From a virus (Duplodnaviria > Caudoviricetes): a DNA stretch of 24,100 bases. The position numbers and the translations under genes are program-made. The notes under the pieces are model-generated. The model ran no database searches, was not told the DNA's origin, and saw only the letters and a list, made by a program, of their open reading frames with translations. Below, in pieces: positions 7,840 to 15,948 of this stretch. How positions within the stretch are numbered: the stretch's first letter is position 1; every line of letters begins with the position of its first letter. The DNA is taken from the IMG/VR virus record IMGVR_UViG_3300026085_000011, positions 1 to 24,100 of that record. One strand, written 5' to 3'.

Positions 7840-8932
7840 TATAACCTAAAATAACTTTCTTTAAACCTTCACAACTAAAAAATTCACTTTCTAAAAATCT
7901 TGATAGTCTATCAATATTCACTTCGTGTTTTTTATAGTTGCTCATTACCCAATGAATCTTTTCAACAAGTTCATCTTTGTGTTTAATATAACTATCCCAA
8001 TCCTGTGTCCATTCACTTGGATACTTAAAATAGTCATCATACATTTCTGTATAACTTAATCTATCTGGAATAAGTGGAAAGGTACCTACCACTGCACCTT
8101 CGTAAGCACTAATGCCTAGTGTTTCTTGTAAGTTAGCACTAAAGATCATTTTTGCTTCACCTAACAAATTATGATAATCTACTTTACTTAAATTTTGTTC
8201 CATACAAACTACAAATTCGTAATCGTCTTTAAGTGTTTCTTTAAGATCTCTAAAAATATCAGGTTGTTTTTCAGGTGCAACCCTGTGAGGGAACAGAATT
8301 AAGTTTCTCTTTTTCATATTCTTAAAAGGAACCAATGCATCTTTTGTATACTCCATTGGCCAACCTGTTCTAACAATTTTCTTGCTTTCGATTAGTTCTT
8401 TCTTGTCCAGTGTATTACCGTGCAAGTTTTCTAAGAACATATCGATATGAAAATCACTAGCAAAGTGATTATGATCGAATGAATAAAAGAAACTTTTTTC
8501 TGCGTGGCGTACCCAAGGTTTATCGCCTATAAGTCGACCTAAGAAGTCAGCAGGATCATAACTGCCGGCGTGCCATAAGCCGTGTGTAATGACTTTAATA
8601 CCTAACAGTTCTGACATATACTTTACGTTAACTATGCCAGGATGCCAAGCATCGGCGAAAATAATGTGATCACCTTCTTTAACTTTACCAGCCGTAAATG
8701 CTCTAGACAGTTTTTCTATCTGTGTGCATTTATAAATGTTTGTGCCACCAAAGTTTAAGAAAGCACCTGGTGTAGTAGCATCTGGAATATCATCAGCACC
8801 ATCCATTACTTCAACATCGATGTCTTTAGTAAAAATACTTTTCATCTTTTGAAGTATGCGTGGAAAGTGTACCTTCCATTCTGAAGTGTACCTTGTTTCT
8901 ACTGCTTCAAGATCTACTAACCAAATTTTCAT
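7823..8932 (-). CDS. GT-B glycosyltransferase (retaining, GT4-like)
   Basis: FADAWHPG, WHAGSYD, PHRVAPEKQP (R...K), ETLGISAYE (Ex7E donor-binding motif). Confidence 0.85.
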   Translation of the reverse strand: MKIWLVDLEAVETRYTSEWKVHFPRILQKMKSIFTKDIDVEVMDGADDIPDATTPGAFLNFGGTNIYKCTQIEKLSRAFTAGKVKEGDHIIFADAWHPGIVNVKYMSELLGIKVITHGLWHAGSYDPADFLGRLIGDKPWVRHAEKSFFYSFDHNHFASDFHIDMFLENLHGNTLDKKELIESKKIVRTGWPMEYTKDALVPFKNMKKRNLILFPHRVAPEKQPDIFRDLKETLKDDYEFVVCMEQNLSKVDYHNLLGEAKMIFSANLQETLGISAYEGAVVGTFPLIPDRLSYTEMYDDYFKYPSEWTQDWDSYIKHKDELVEKIHWVMSNYKKHEVNIDRLSRFLESEFFSCEGLKKVILGYNDKSN

Positions 8933-9165
8933 TAATTATACCTTTTCTTCTTTTTAAAGTTCCTATTTTTAAAGTTTTGTCTCGGCGGACGAGTAATCCA
9001 ATTACTATGTCCTTTAACAAAGTGATTCCAAACTTTACTGCTTTCGTTATAAAGGTCTGCTTCATTAAACTTAAAAGCATTAAAGCGACAGTAATCCTTG
9101 AAACGTTCAAGGTCATCAAAGATCTTAACGATCTCTGGATGCTTTGCAAAATACGACACAATCAT
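8932..9165 (-). CDS. Small hypothetical protein with basic C-terminus
   Basis: 77 aa; AAAGGAG RBS; TAATG coupling to the glycosyltransferase. Confidence 0.7.
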   Translation of the reverse strand: MIVSYFAKHPEIVKIFDDLERFKDYCRFNAFKFNEADLYNESSKVWNHFVKGHSNWITRPPRQNFKNRNFKKKKRYN

Positions 9166-9170
9166 CTCCT

Positions 9171-9614
9171 TTAATATTTTGCGTACTCAATATGGGCACC
9201 GTTTTCTCCATCTTCACTTACGTCGATGTGTACTTCTCTGCCCGGGTGTTTTTCGCTGATTTTTTCATACAAGTCATCAGCCATCATTTCACAACTCTTA
9301 TAGTCTAGTTCAAGGGTTTTCTCCTCATACAGTTTTTCTAACCATCTTTTGAATTGAATAAACTCGATATCTCTGTCATTGTGTGTTACAGTAATACCGA
9401 CTTTGAAATGGAATATGTGTCTGTGTGGGTAACCCAAAAACGAAACATCATATTCATCTCCTGTTGCAAGACTAGGATCATCTAGTGCCGCAGGATACTT
9501 GTGGATACCTTCCTTACGGAATGTTACCCAAATCATACGTTTTGCTGTTTTCATAATCTTTTCAAATCTTTCTGTTTCAGCGTGTGCTTTCAACATTTGT
9601 TCAGTTATGCTCAT
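9171..9614 (-). CDS. dpdL: QueD-paralogue T-fold protein, DpdL-like (proposed CDG decarboxylase)
   Basis: EGIH...LGYPHRHIF (LxxxHRHxF in place of QueD CxxxHGH), SCEMMA, VSED. Link of this signature to DpdL is from memory of the literature. Confidence 0.7.
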   Translation of the reverse strand: MSITEQMLKAHAETERFEKIMKTAKRMIWVTFRKEGIHKYPAALDDPSLATGDEYDVSFLGYPHRHIFHFKVGITVTHNDRDIEFIQFKRWLEKLYEEKTLELDYKSCEMMADDLYEKISEKHPGREVHIDVSEDGENGAHIEYAKY

Positions 9615-9643
9615 AGTATAGTACCTTTCTTACTCTTTGTCAA
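9615..9643 (-). promoter_or_regulatory. Sigma70-type promoter upstream of the dpdL-like gene
   Basis: TTGACA(9643-9638)-17 bp-TATACT(9620-9615). Confidence 0.65.
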
Positions 9644-10139
9644 CCGGATTATCATTTCCATACTTTGTCCAATCTGTGAACTTGTTTCTGTCCAATAAGT
9701 CGTGAACTTGATGAACCCAAACACCAGAATTAGAATGATTAAAATCTGAATCGTCAATTTTAATACAAGCGTTATAGTTTAGTTGATTTACATAAGGAAG
9801 TTTTATGCTAATCTGTGAAATAAAATTATGTCTTTCATTGAATCCCATTTCTAAAACCCAATCGTGATACTTTACATCATAATCCAAAGTTACTGTATAT
9901 TTTTTGTCAAGTAACCCATACACTAGTCCTTCCCAATCTTCTTTAGGAACAAAACTTTGGTTAGCACCTAGATAAATGTGATCAACGTGATTTTGTTTTG
10001 CTTTTTCAAGAACTTCTTCTAAAGGACGACACCCTACAACAAACAATGTATCTAAATCATATGCAGGAGTCTTTTCCACTTCATATCCTGTGAAATATGT
10101 AATACCGTCTAGTTCGCCTGTGTCGTAATCTCTTTTCAT
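9630..10139 (-). CDS. Hypothetical protein within the dpd locus
   Basis: 169 aa; G.EVEKTPA...TLFV, HIYLGANQSF, IKIDD.DF..SNSGVW; ATGA-coupled. Confidence 0.8.
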   Translation of the reverse strand: MKRDYDTGELDGITYFTGYEVEKTPAYDLDTLFVVGCRPLEEVLEKAKQNHVDHIYLGANQSFVPKEDWEGLVYGLLDKKYTVTLDYDVKYHDWVLEMGFNERHNFISQISIKLPYVNQLNYNACIKIDDSDFNHSNSGVWVHQVHDLLDRNKFTDWTKYGNDNPVDKE

Positions 10140-10321
10140 TTTGTTAGCCTATCAATTTGATCCTTAATTGCTAATTTCATTTTTTTAAGTTTTATTAACA
10201 ATGCCTTGTGACCGAAGTCTCTATACAGTGTACGTTCTTTTTCTATTTCGTCAACCTTTTTTGAATAGTATTCGTGTTCTTTGGTTAACTTTTTTACTGT
10301 TTTGTTTTTTATTTTTGCCAT
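10136..10321 (-). CDS. Small basic coiled-coil protein (DUF465/YdcH-like)
   Basis: L.KEH..., LKKMKLAIKDQI; TAATG-coupled to dpdA. Confidence 0.65.
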   Translation of the reverse strand: MAKIKNKTVKKLTKEHEYYSKKVDEIEKERTLYRDFGHKALLIKLKKMKLAIKDQIDRLTK

Positions 10322-11775
10322 TATGCCTCCTCAAATAGGTTTGCAAATTGTGTACTTGCATTTACAGTTTTTTTACCTGTTGCACCTCTAGTGCCAATTA
10401 TTGACATCCAGAATCTCGAAAATTCTTCTATCACTGCGTTTGCCGTGTCGCGGTTGTCTGTTGCAAATATTGCCTCAACAACATCTCTAAAAAATAGCCT
10501 GTCAAAGGACTCTTCCACAAGCATTGCCGGATATGTTCCTGCATCGTATTGTCTGTTTGCTTCTTGTACTGCATTAATGTGACTCCATACATTATGACCC
10601 ATTTGGATCGCATAACTAAAACTATCCCAACTTGTTTTGCCTTCTTTACCTATTTTATTTAGGTCGCCTGGTGCATATATACATACATCTTTTGCTTGTA
10701 GATTTTGTGTAATAGGCGAATCTTTAAAACTGTGATGTTTTCCTTCTCTAACAAATGCTTGACCAAACTGTGTTGTATCAGTTGCAAGTGCTTTGTCATC
10801 AATGCTAGGTACCATTCTATATACCCATTTACTTCTGTCTTGAGTTTCAAGTTCACAATATATTTGACCATTTGCTGTTGCTAGGAACGGACTTGCACAG
10901 TCAAATGTAATCGTAAAGTTTGGATTATGATACTTGCGAACTGCTCTTTGTACATCAGTTAGTAGTGTCGCCCACTCTAGTTTTGAAGTACCCAAGAAGT
11001 GCATAAAGTCGTGTTTGCCCTTTTCAAGCAATCCATCAAAGCGTAGTGCAACAATACGTTTCAATGCCAAATGGATATCACACATATTTTGTCCACCCAT
11101 TGACCAACCATTAAAATGATTTTCGTATTTTTTAGGATCACAATAGTCCTTCATTTGCTGATACCAATCTTCTGCATCAGCGTGATTTTCACCTTGCAAT
11201 ACATTTAAAAACTTACAATTACCATTACGATTTTTCATAAAGTAATCGTTATTAATACGTGTTGCATTAACGGCCTCTTGATAAGTTGAAATACCAGTTG
11301 CTTTTGCACCCGCAGGTGAACGTGATACCCACGCAGGAATATCAAGAATCATACCGTAGTCCATATAAGCGTCCATCCAAGTAAGAACTTGTTCACGTTT
11401 CTTTTGTGCTTTAGGACAATTAGGATCCTTCCAGTCACCTTCCCATACACCTTTACCAATCTGGAAACCACCTGAATCACCTAACAACCAACTGTTCTCA
11501 CGATCACGTTCACGTACCATAAGTTCTTTAGGTGCGTCCTTGTTTACATCAAGTTCTGCGTGACCCGCCGAATACAGTGTCCAATGATATTGAAAGATAC
11601 CTTTTTGTGCATTAAGCCAATTAAGTCCTTCCATATCTTGATTAGGAAAAGGAATACGACTCTTTTCTACATATTCTTCTCTGCGTTGCTTACCAATGAA
11701 TGTAGCATAAAAGCCACTCAACGCCGGAAGGAATATTGCATAATCCTTTTGTTCTTTTGTTAGGTTAGTATTCAA
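10321..11775 (-). CDS. dpdA: DpdA / TGT-family 7-deazaguanine DNA transglycosylase
   Basis: GDSGGFQ, LDIP, VLQG, GWSMGG, HFLG, FDCAS (nucleophile Asp position), GHN; TTG start with AGGAG RBS; phage context with folE/queE. Confidence 0.85.
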   Translation of the reverse strand: MNTNLTKEQKDYAIFLPALSGFYATFIGKQRREEYVEKSRIPFPNQDMEGLNWLNAQKGIFQYHWTLYSAGHAELDVNKDAPKELMVRERDRENSWLLGDSGGFQIGKGVWEGDWKDPNCPKAQKKREQVLTWMDAYMDYGMILDIPAWVSRSPAGAKATGISTYQEAVNATRINNDYFMKNRNGNCKFLNVLQGENHADAEDWYQQMKDYCDPKKYENHFNGWSMGGQNMCDIHLALKRIVALRFDGLLEKGKHDFMHFLGTSKLEWATLLTDVQRAVRKYHNPNFTITFDCASPFLATANGQIYCELETQDRSKWVYRMVPSIDDKALATDTTQFGQAFVREGKHHSFKDSPITQNLQAKDVCIYAPGDLNKIGKEGKTSWDSFSYAIQMGHNVWSHINAVQEANRQYDAGTYPAMLVEESFDRLFFRDVVEAIFATDNRDTANAVIEEFSRFWMSIIGTRGATGKKTVNASTQFANLFEEA

Positions 11776-11786
11776 ATTTTTATCTC

Positions 11787-12518
11787 CTACTTACTTTGTG
11801 CAGGCAAAATATAATCATACGTTGCTAAACCACTGTCTACACTAATTTGCATAGCACCTTGATCTGAAATACGCATAACCTTATCACCATCTAGGTTTAA
11901 GATTGCCATTGTTTGTGCTACTGGCCACGCCCATTCATTTTTAAGCGAACCTGTAATATTCGATGCAAAAATAAATTCACCTGCGTGTGTACTTGCATCA
12001 CCAAACTTAAATTTAAGATCCGTACCATCTGTTAGTACAGTAAACACAGTTTCTTCTGCGTTTGCAGTTGCTTGTAATTTAAAACGTTGTACGTTTGCAA
12101 TAGTTGGAGCAACTTCAACGTCCCAGTTAGCACCTTTAAACTTAACAGTTTTAAGTTTTTCATTAATGATTTCTTGATTCATAAAACGATAATCGTTTTT
12201 AAAATCACCTGCTTTATTTTCAAAGTGAATACCTACAGGAATAGTTGCTCCATTCCTATCAGCAGTAACAACATCAATAGTTGCACCGTCTTTGTATTCT
12301 GGACACTTTAAGTGAATGTCTAACTTGTTTAAGTTAGGCATACCAAATGTGCCTTTCAACTCAATCTGAGCAGTCTTTGTATTTGCTTGTAGAATAACAG
12401 AACGATCTTCTGCCATACTATCAATACCTGTTTGTGCATCATCACCGTTGACCTTAACAATGTTAAGAAAGCCAAGTGCGTGTGTATGTGCAACAATGTC
12501 TTGTAAAATGTCTTTCAT
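11787..12518 (-). CDS. Sliding clamp / DNA polymerase processivity factor (gp45-like)
   Basis: 243 aa, clamp-sized alpha/beta pattern ending YDYILPA, directly downstream of polB. Confidence 0.7.
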   Translation of the reverse strand: MKDILQDIVAHTHALGFLNIVKVNGDDAQTGIDSMAEDRSVILQANTKTAQIELKGTFGMPNLNKLDIHLKCPEYKDGATIDVVTADRNGATIPVGIHFENKAGDFKNDYRFMNQEIINEKLKTVKFKGANWDVEVAPTIANVQRFKLQATANAEETVFTVLTDGTDLKFKFGDASTHAGEFIFASNITGSLKNEWAWPVAQTMAILNLDGDKVMRISDQGAMQISVDSGLATYDYILPAQSK

Positions 12519-12537
12519 TTTTTTCTCCGTTCCTTAT

Positions 12538-12566
12538 ATTATATTTAGAAAATCATTCAAAGTCAA
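12538..12566 (-). promoter_or_regulatory. Sigma70-type promoter for the clamp-dpdA operon, with nested TAAATA
   Basis: TTGACT(12566-12561)-17 bp-TATAAT(12543-12538); TAAATA at 12547-12542. Confidence 0.7.
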
Positions 12567-15225
12567 ATAAATTATTGAATGTATTCTTCTGTTCGGTTGA
12601 TTTTATATCCCAATCTAGCACTCCAATTAGGTTTCCAATCTTATTATCAATAATTGTACTTTCCATTTCTTCGTCTGCAAATGGAAGTTCTTGGAACCAA
12701 CTTGGTAGTCTTAGTTCGTCCACAGGATACGCAACCGATGTATACCCCATTGGATTCTGTTTAAGTTTACAAACAATAACTTTCATACCATCAACAATTT
12801 GCATAGAATAGTTGTCGCCATTCAATTGCTTTAGTGTATTCCAGTTAATACTTGCTCTTACGTGTCCAGGCATATTAGTTTTACCTTGCTTCTTTTCTTT
12901 AGCAAGATAATCTGTAACATTATTGGCACGTTTAGGAGATCCTTTTTCCCAACCCGGGCGACCCCTAAATTCTGTTCTAAATTCGCTAATCATATCAAGC
13001 ACTTGATCTTCTTCAGCACCTGTTAGTACTGCTAACAATACTTCGCTTAAAAAGTCCTGCATAAACACAGGAGTATCAGAGCGTTTAAGATCAAGACCCA
13101 TTGCTTTTACTTTGCCTGGCTTACCTTCTTGATCAGTTCTAAAACCTTCTAAGTCGTATATTAAAATAGCATAACGTTTCTTTGTAATAAACAGACCTTT
13201 TGAACCTACAACTTCTCTACCTGCGGCAATAACGTCTGTGCTTCTTGACTTAGGACAATGAAACGCTTTTGTCATAAACGCCGGGAATGATTCATTTGCT
13301 TCTTCACAAATTTGATCATACAACGTAATCACCGTTTCTTTTGTCCAAGGAATATCACCTTTGTCAATTTCAGCACGTAAACTTGTATATGCACTAAAGT
13401 AACAAGAGTCAGTATCACCATATATAATGCTTTTGCCTACGTGATCGTATTCACCTGTGATAATTTCATTTACCTTTGCGGCCATATGTTTAGTAATACG
13501 TCTACCTGTTAGTGTGGTTGACTGTCCTATCCTCGGGTCAAAAAATCTACAACCAGGATTAAGAATGGCCCCGTAAAGAGAGTTAAGATTAATTTTCTTA
13601 ACAAGTTGTCGCTTGTCCCAAAATGCTTCTTCAATTTTATTTCCTGCGTCTTGTGCCTGTTTTTTCTTGGCCTGCATTTCTTTACGTTCTGCATACCAAC
13701 GTTCTAGTAGTCCTGGAATAACACCTTCGTATTCTGTTGTAAGAATTGTACCATTAGCACTCAACACCCAAGGTTGATTGCTTTCAAAAATTAATTTATA
13801 AACTTCACTAGCACTCATTGAGTCGCTTTCGCCGTTTTCCCAATCAACTGTAATTTCTAAGTCTTTGCGTTTTTCCATTACAGCATCATATTCTAAACTA
13901 CCAAATCTTCCTTCCCACGCCGCCGCAAATGATTTCTTACGTAAACGCATTTCATTTTCAACGTGTTCTTGTGTGTAGTTAGGTCTTAGTTGTCCAACTA
14001 CTGTTGCTGGATCCATATTCAATGCTCTAATAACAGATGGATACAGTGAATTCAAGTCCATTGATCCTATCCAGTCGTGCAAACCTTTTTTAGGATATGC
14101 AACATAGGCACCCGCGGCAGGTTCTGATCCTGGCTCTCTGTGTACCCTGTTAGGAACAACGAAGCCACGTCTGTGTGCTTCATTAATAATTGCTTGTTCT
14201 GTAACTGCTACCGCACCCATTGTTGTTGGAAGTAAAACTGTATTTGCGTGAGCAAGTTCGTTTGCTAGGTCAATAAATCTTAATTTTTTGTCTAGTTTAT
14301 CAAGTAGTGCAACGTCTTGTCTGTTATATTCGATAAACGTTTTGAAGTCATTGTTATAAAGTTGATCAAGTGTACCTTCGTACACAGTTTTCTTTTCACC
14401 GACTTCCATTTCACCAATAGCATCAAGTCTATAAGTGTGTCTTTCTTCATATGTGTATTTTCTATATAATTCCAAACTGTCTAAATGCTGACGCCCGACT
14501 AAATCATAAGTTTCCTGTTCTCGACCAAATTTTTCATATGTTCTTTTCTTAGGATATTGTCCCCACAAGCAAAAACGTCTTGTATCTTCTTTTGAAAGCA
14601 CACGAGTTACACGGTTTACAGTATAAGGAATATCATAACCTTCACTGTTCCAACCACTAATAATATCTGCGTCATCAATAATTGAAAGAAATGTGTCAAG
14701 CATTTCTGCTTCTGTTTCAAACAGATGCGTGTTAGGAAAGTCTTTTACCTGTTCCTTTGCCTGTTCCATTGTAAGTGTTTTAGGTGGAAGTGCAAGTGTT
14801 ACAAGACTGTCAAGCCATTGTAACTGTACCGTAATTGCTGTAATTGGCATAAAAGGATCTTCAGGTGATGCATAACCACGTTCCGGGTCAAAGTCAACCT
14901 CAATATCGAAAAACGCAACATTTAGATGTGGTGCATCTTGTCCAAGATAGTTTTCTTCAAGCAAACGATAAACAGGATTAACGTCTGCTTCAAACAAACC
15001 TTTATGCTTGTTGATTTTTTGTTCTTTAAGGAAATCTTTCCAAGACTTACAAATAACACGAGTACAGGAATCACCTAAAGTACTTTTGTGTTTGCCTCTT
15101 GGATCTTTGTAATAAAATTGATATCTTGCGGGGAATTCTTTAAATTCTCGTTCGCCTTTTTTACTTCGTTCGACGATCTTAATTATATCTTTGTCTCTAT
15201 CCCACAAAGCGTCTACGTAACTCAT
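12553..15225 (-). CDS. polB: Family B DNA polymerase (T4 gp43-like)
   Basis: Exo I FDIEV, Exo II GWNSEGYDIPY, Exo III YNRQD, DLNSLYPS, KINLNSLYG, YGDTDS, KKRY; no intein or intron seen. Confidence 0.97.
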   Translation of the reverse strand: MSYVDALWDRDKDIIKIVERSKKGEREFKEFPARYQFYYKDPRGKHKSTLGDSCTRVICKSWKDFLKEQKINKHKGLFEADVNPVYRLLEENYLGQDAPHLNVAFFDIEVDFDPERGYASPEDPFMPITAITVQLQWLDSLVTLALPPKTLTMEQAKEQVKDFPNTHLFETEAEMLDTFLSIIDDADIISGWNSEGYDIPYTVNRVTRVLSKEDTRRFCLWGQYPKKRTYEKFGREQETYDLVGRQHLDSLELYRKYTYEERHTYRLDAIGEMEVGEKKTVYEGTLDQLYNNDFKTFIEYNRQDVALLDKLDKKLRFIDLANELAHANTVLLPTTMGAVAVTEQAIINEAHRRGFVVPNRVHREPGSEPAAGAYVAYPKKGLHDWIGSMDLNSLYPSVIRALNMDPATVVGQLRPNYTQEHVENEMRLRKKSFAAAWEGRFGSLEYDAVMEKRKDLEITVDWENGESDSMSASEVYKLIFESNQPWVLSANGTILTTEYEGVIPGLLERWYAERKEMQAKKKQAQDAGNKIEEAFWDKRQLVKKINLNSLYGAILNPGCRFFDPRIGQSTTLTGRRITKHMAAKVNEIITGEYDHVGKSIIYGDTDSCYFSAYTSLRAEIDKGDIPWTKETVITLYDQICEEANESFPAFMTKAFHCPKSRSTDVIAAGREVVGSKGLFITKKRYAILIYDLEGFRTDQEGKPGKVKAMGLDLKRSDTPVFMQDFLSEVLLAVLTGAEEDQVLDMISEFRTEFRGRPGWEKGSPKRANNVTDYLAKEKKQGKTNMPGHVRASINWNTLKQLNGDNYSMQIVDGMKVIVCKLKQNPMGYTSVAYPVDELRLPSWFQELPFADEEMESTIIDNKIGNLIGVLDWDIKSTEQKNTFNNLFDFE

Positions 15226-15237
15226 TTATTCTCCTGT

Positions 15238-15291
15238 TTGTCACTTTCGGCTGACAATACCAAATTAAGTCGTTTATGGCCGACAATACCA
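15238..15291 (-). promoter_or_regulatory. Tandem hairpins in the polymerase 5' UTR (putative translational operator)
   Basis: Minus strand: GTCG-GCCATAAA-CGAC and TTGTCA-GCCGAAAG-TGACAA, within a direct repeat TGGTATTGTC(G/A)GCC spaced 29 nt, ending 2 nt before AGGAG. Confidence 0.65.
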
Positions 15292-15304
15292 TTCATTATC
15301 TAAT

Positions 15305-15333
15305 AGTATACAACTATTCTTGTACGTTGTCAA
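15305..15333 (-). promoter_or_regulatory. Sigma70-type promoter for DNA polymerase
   Basis: TTGACA(15333-15328)-17 bp-TATACT(15310-15305). Confidence 0.75.
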
Positions 15334-15652
15334 GTTTAATTTGCTCAAAGTATGCCTCTGCGTTTTTTGCCTTATCATCTATCCAAATATCATAATGTGG
15401 TTTGCCTGTTCTAAAACTTGTATATTTTACACCCCAGCCTTCGAGTTGCTTTACAGTAAACTCAGTTTGATCTCTACCCGAGTTGGCACCTCTGGCTGTC
15501 CAATAGTGTATTTCGTTGCCTTCATCATATAATTTATTAAAGTGTTCAATTCTATCCTTGAACGGTTGTGCTTTTTCGTATTCATTATCGCCTTCGGGTG
15601 TAATATGCAAACTGCAAATTGTACCGTCAACGTCTACAACATATTTCTTCAT
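15314..15652 (-). CDS. Small HAD-superfamily phosphatase
   Basis: Start revised to ATG 15652 (TAATG overlap): VVDVDGTIC, YWTARG, GKP, WIDDKA. Confidence 0.85.
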   Translation of the reverse strand: MKKYVVDVDGTICSLHITPEGDNEYEKAQPFKDRIEHFNKLYDEGNEIHYWTARGANSGRDQTEFTVKQLEGWGVKYTSFRTGKPHYDIWIDDKAKNAEAYFEQIKLDNVQE

Positions 15653-15948
15653 TACCACCATCCCATTGCTCTGCCAAAGCCAAAAATGTGTAAGCAGGCA
15701 AAATAACTTGTCATTACAAGCGGCCACCCTACCTGTCGTCTTACAAACGCAACAATACTAAACACTGCACCTGTAAAACTTACAGGATAAATCAAATGCA
15801 TTGGCGGAGCATCTGCTGTGACGCTGATCCAAGTCATTGATGTGAATACGCAAATACTTGCGATTGTTTCGTAATAAAATGCTGTCTTATCAGAAGTATA
15901 ACTTCTAATCCAAAACTGTTTTACTTTTTCCCAAAGATTTACCACCAT
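15652..15948 (-). CDS. 3-TM membrane protein (semi-PnuC/SemiSWEET-like), paralogue B
   Basis: Three hydrophobic helices; FW..SY.SDKTAF..E...YP..F.G...RR...WPL..T.YFA....FGFGRA.GWW shared with its neighbour. Confidence 0.75.
   Translation of the reverse strand: MVVNLWEKVKQFWIRSYTSDKTAFYYETIASICVFTSMTWISVTADAPPMHLIYPVSFTGAVFSIVAFVRRQVGWPLVMTSYFACLHIFGFGRAMGWW

Noticed and set aside
8907-9161. 84-aa minus-strand ORF competing with 8932-9165
   Set aside because: The 8932-9165 frame has TAATG coupling to the GT and a more protein-like composition. The AAAGGAG spacing does not exclude this frame, so the rejection is moderate.
10431-10871. Two short minus-strand ORFs within dpdA
   Set aside because: Alternative frames inside a continuous 484-aa gene.
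10321-11775. Calling this gene a tRNA-guanine transglycosylase (tgt) for queuosine
   Set aside because: It lacks the CxCxxC zinc motif of bacterial TGT and sits in a phage replication operon without queA/queF, so DNA-targeting DpdA is more likely, though not proven.
15238-15291. Direct repeat as a mini-CRISPR or terminator
   Set aside because: Only two 14-nt copies, no cas genes and no U-tract; its position in the polymerase leader favours an operator.
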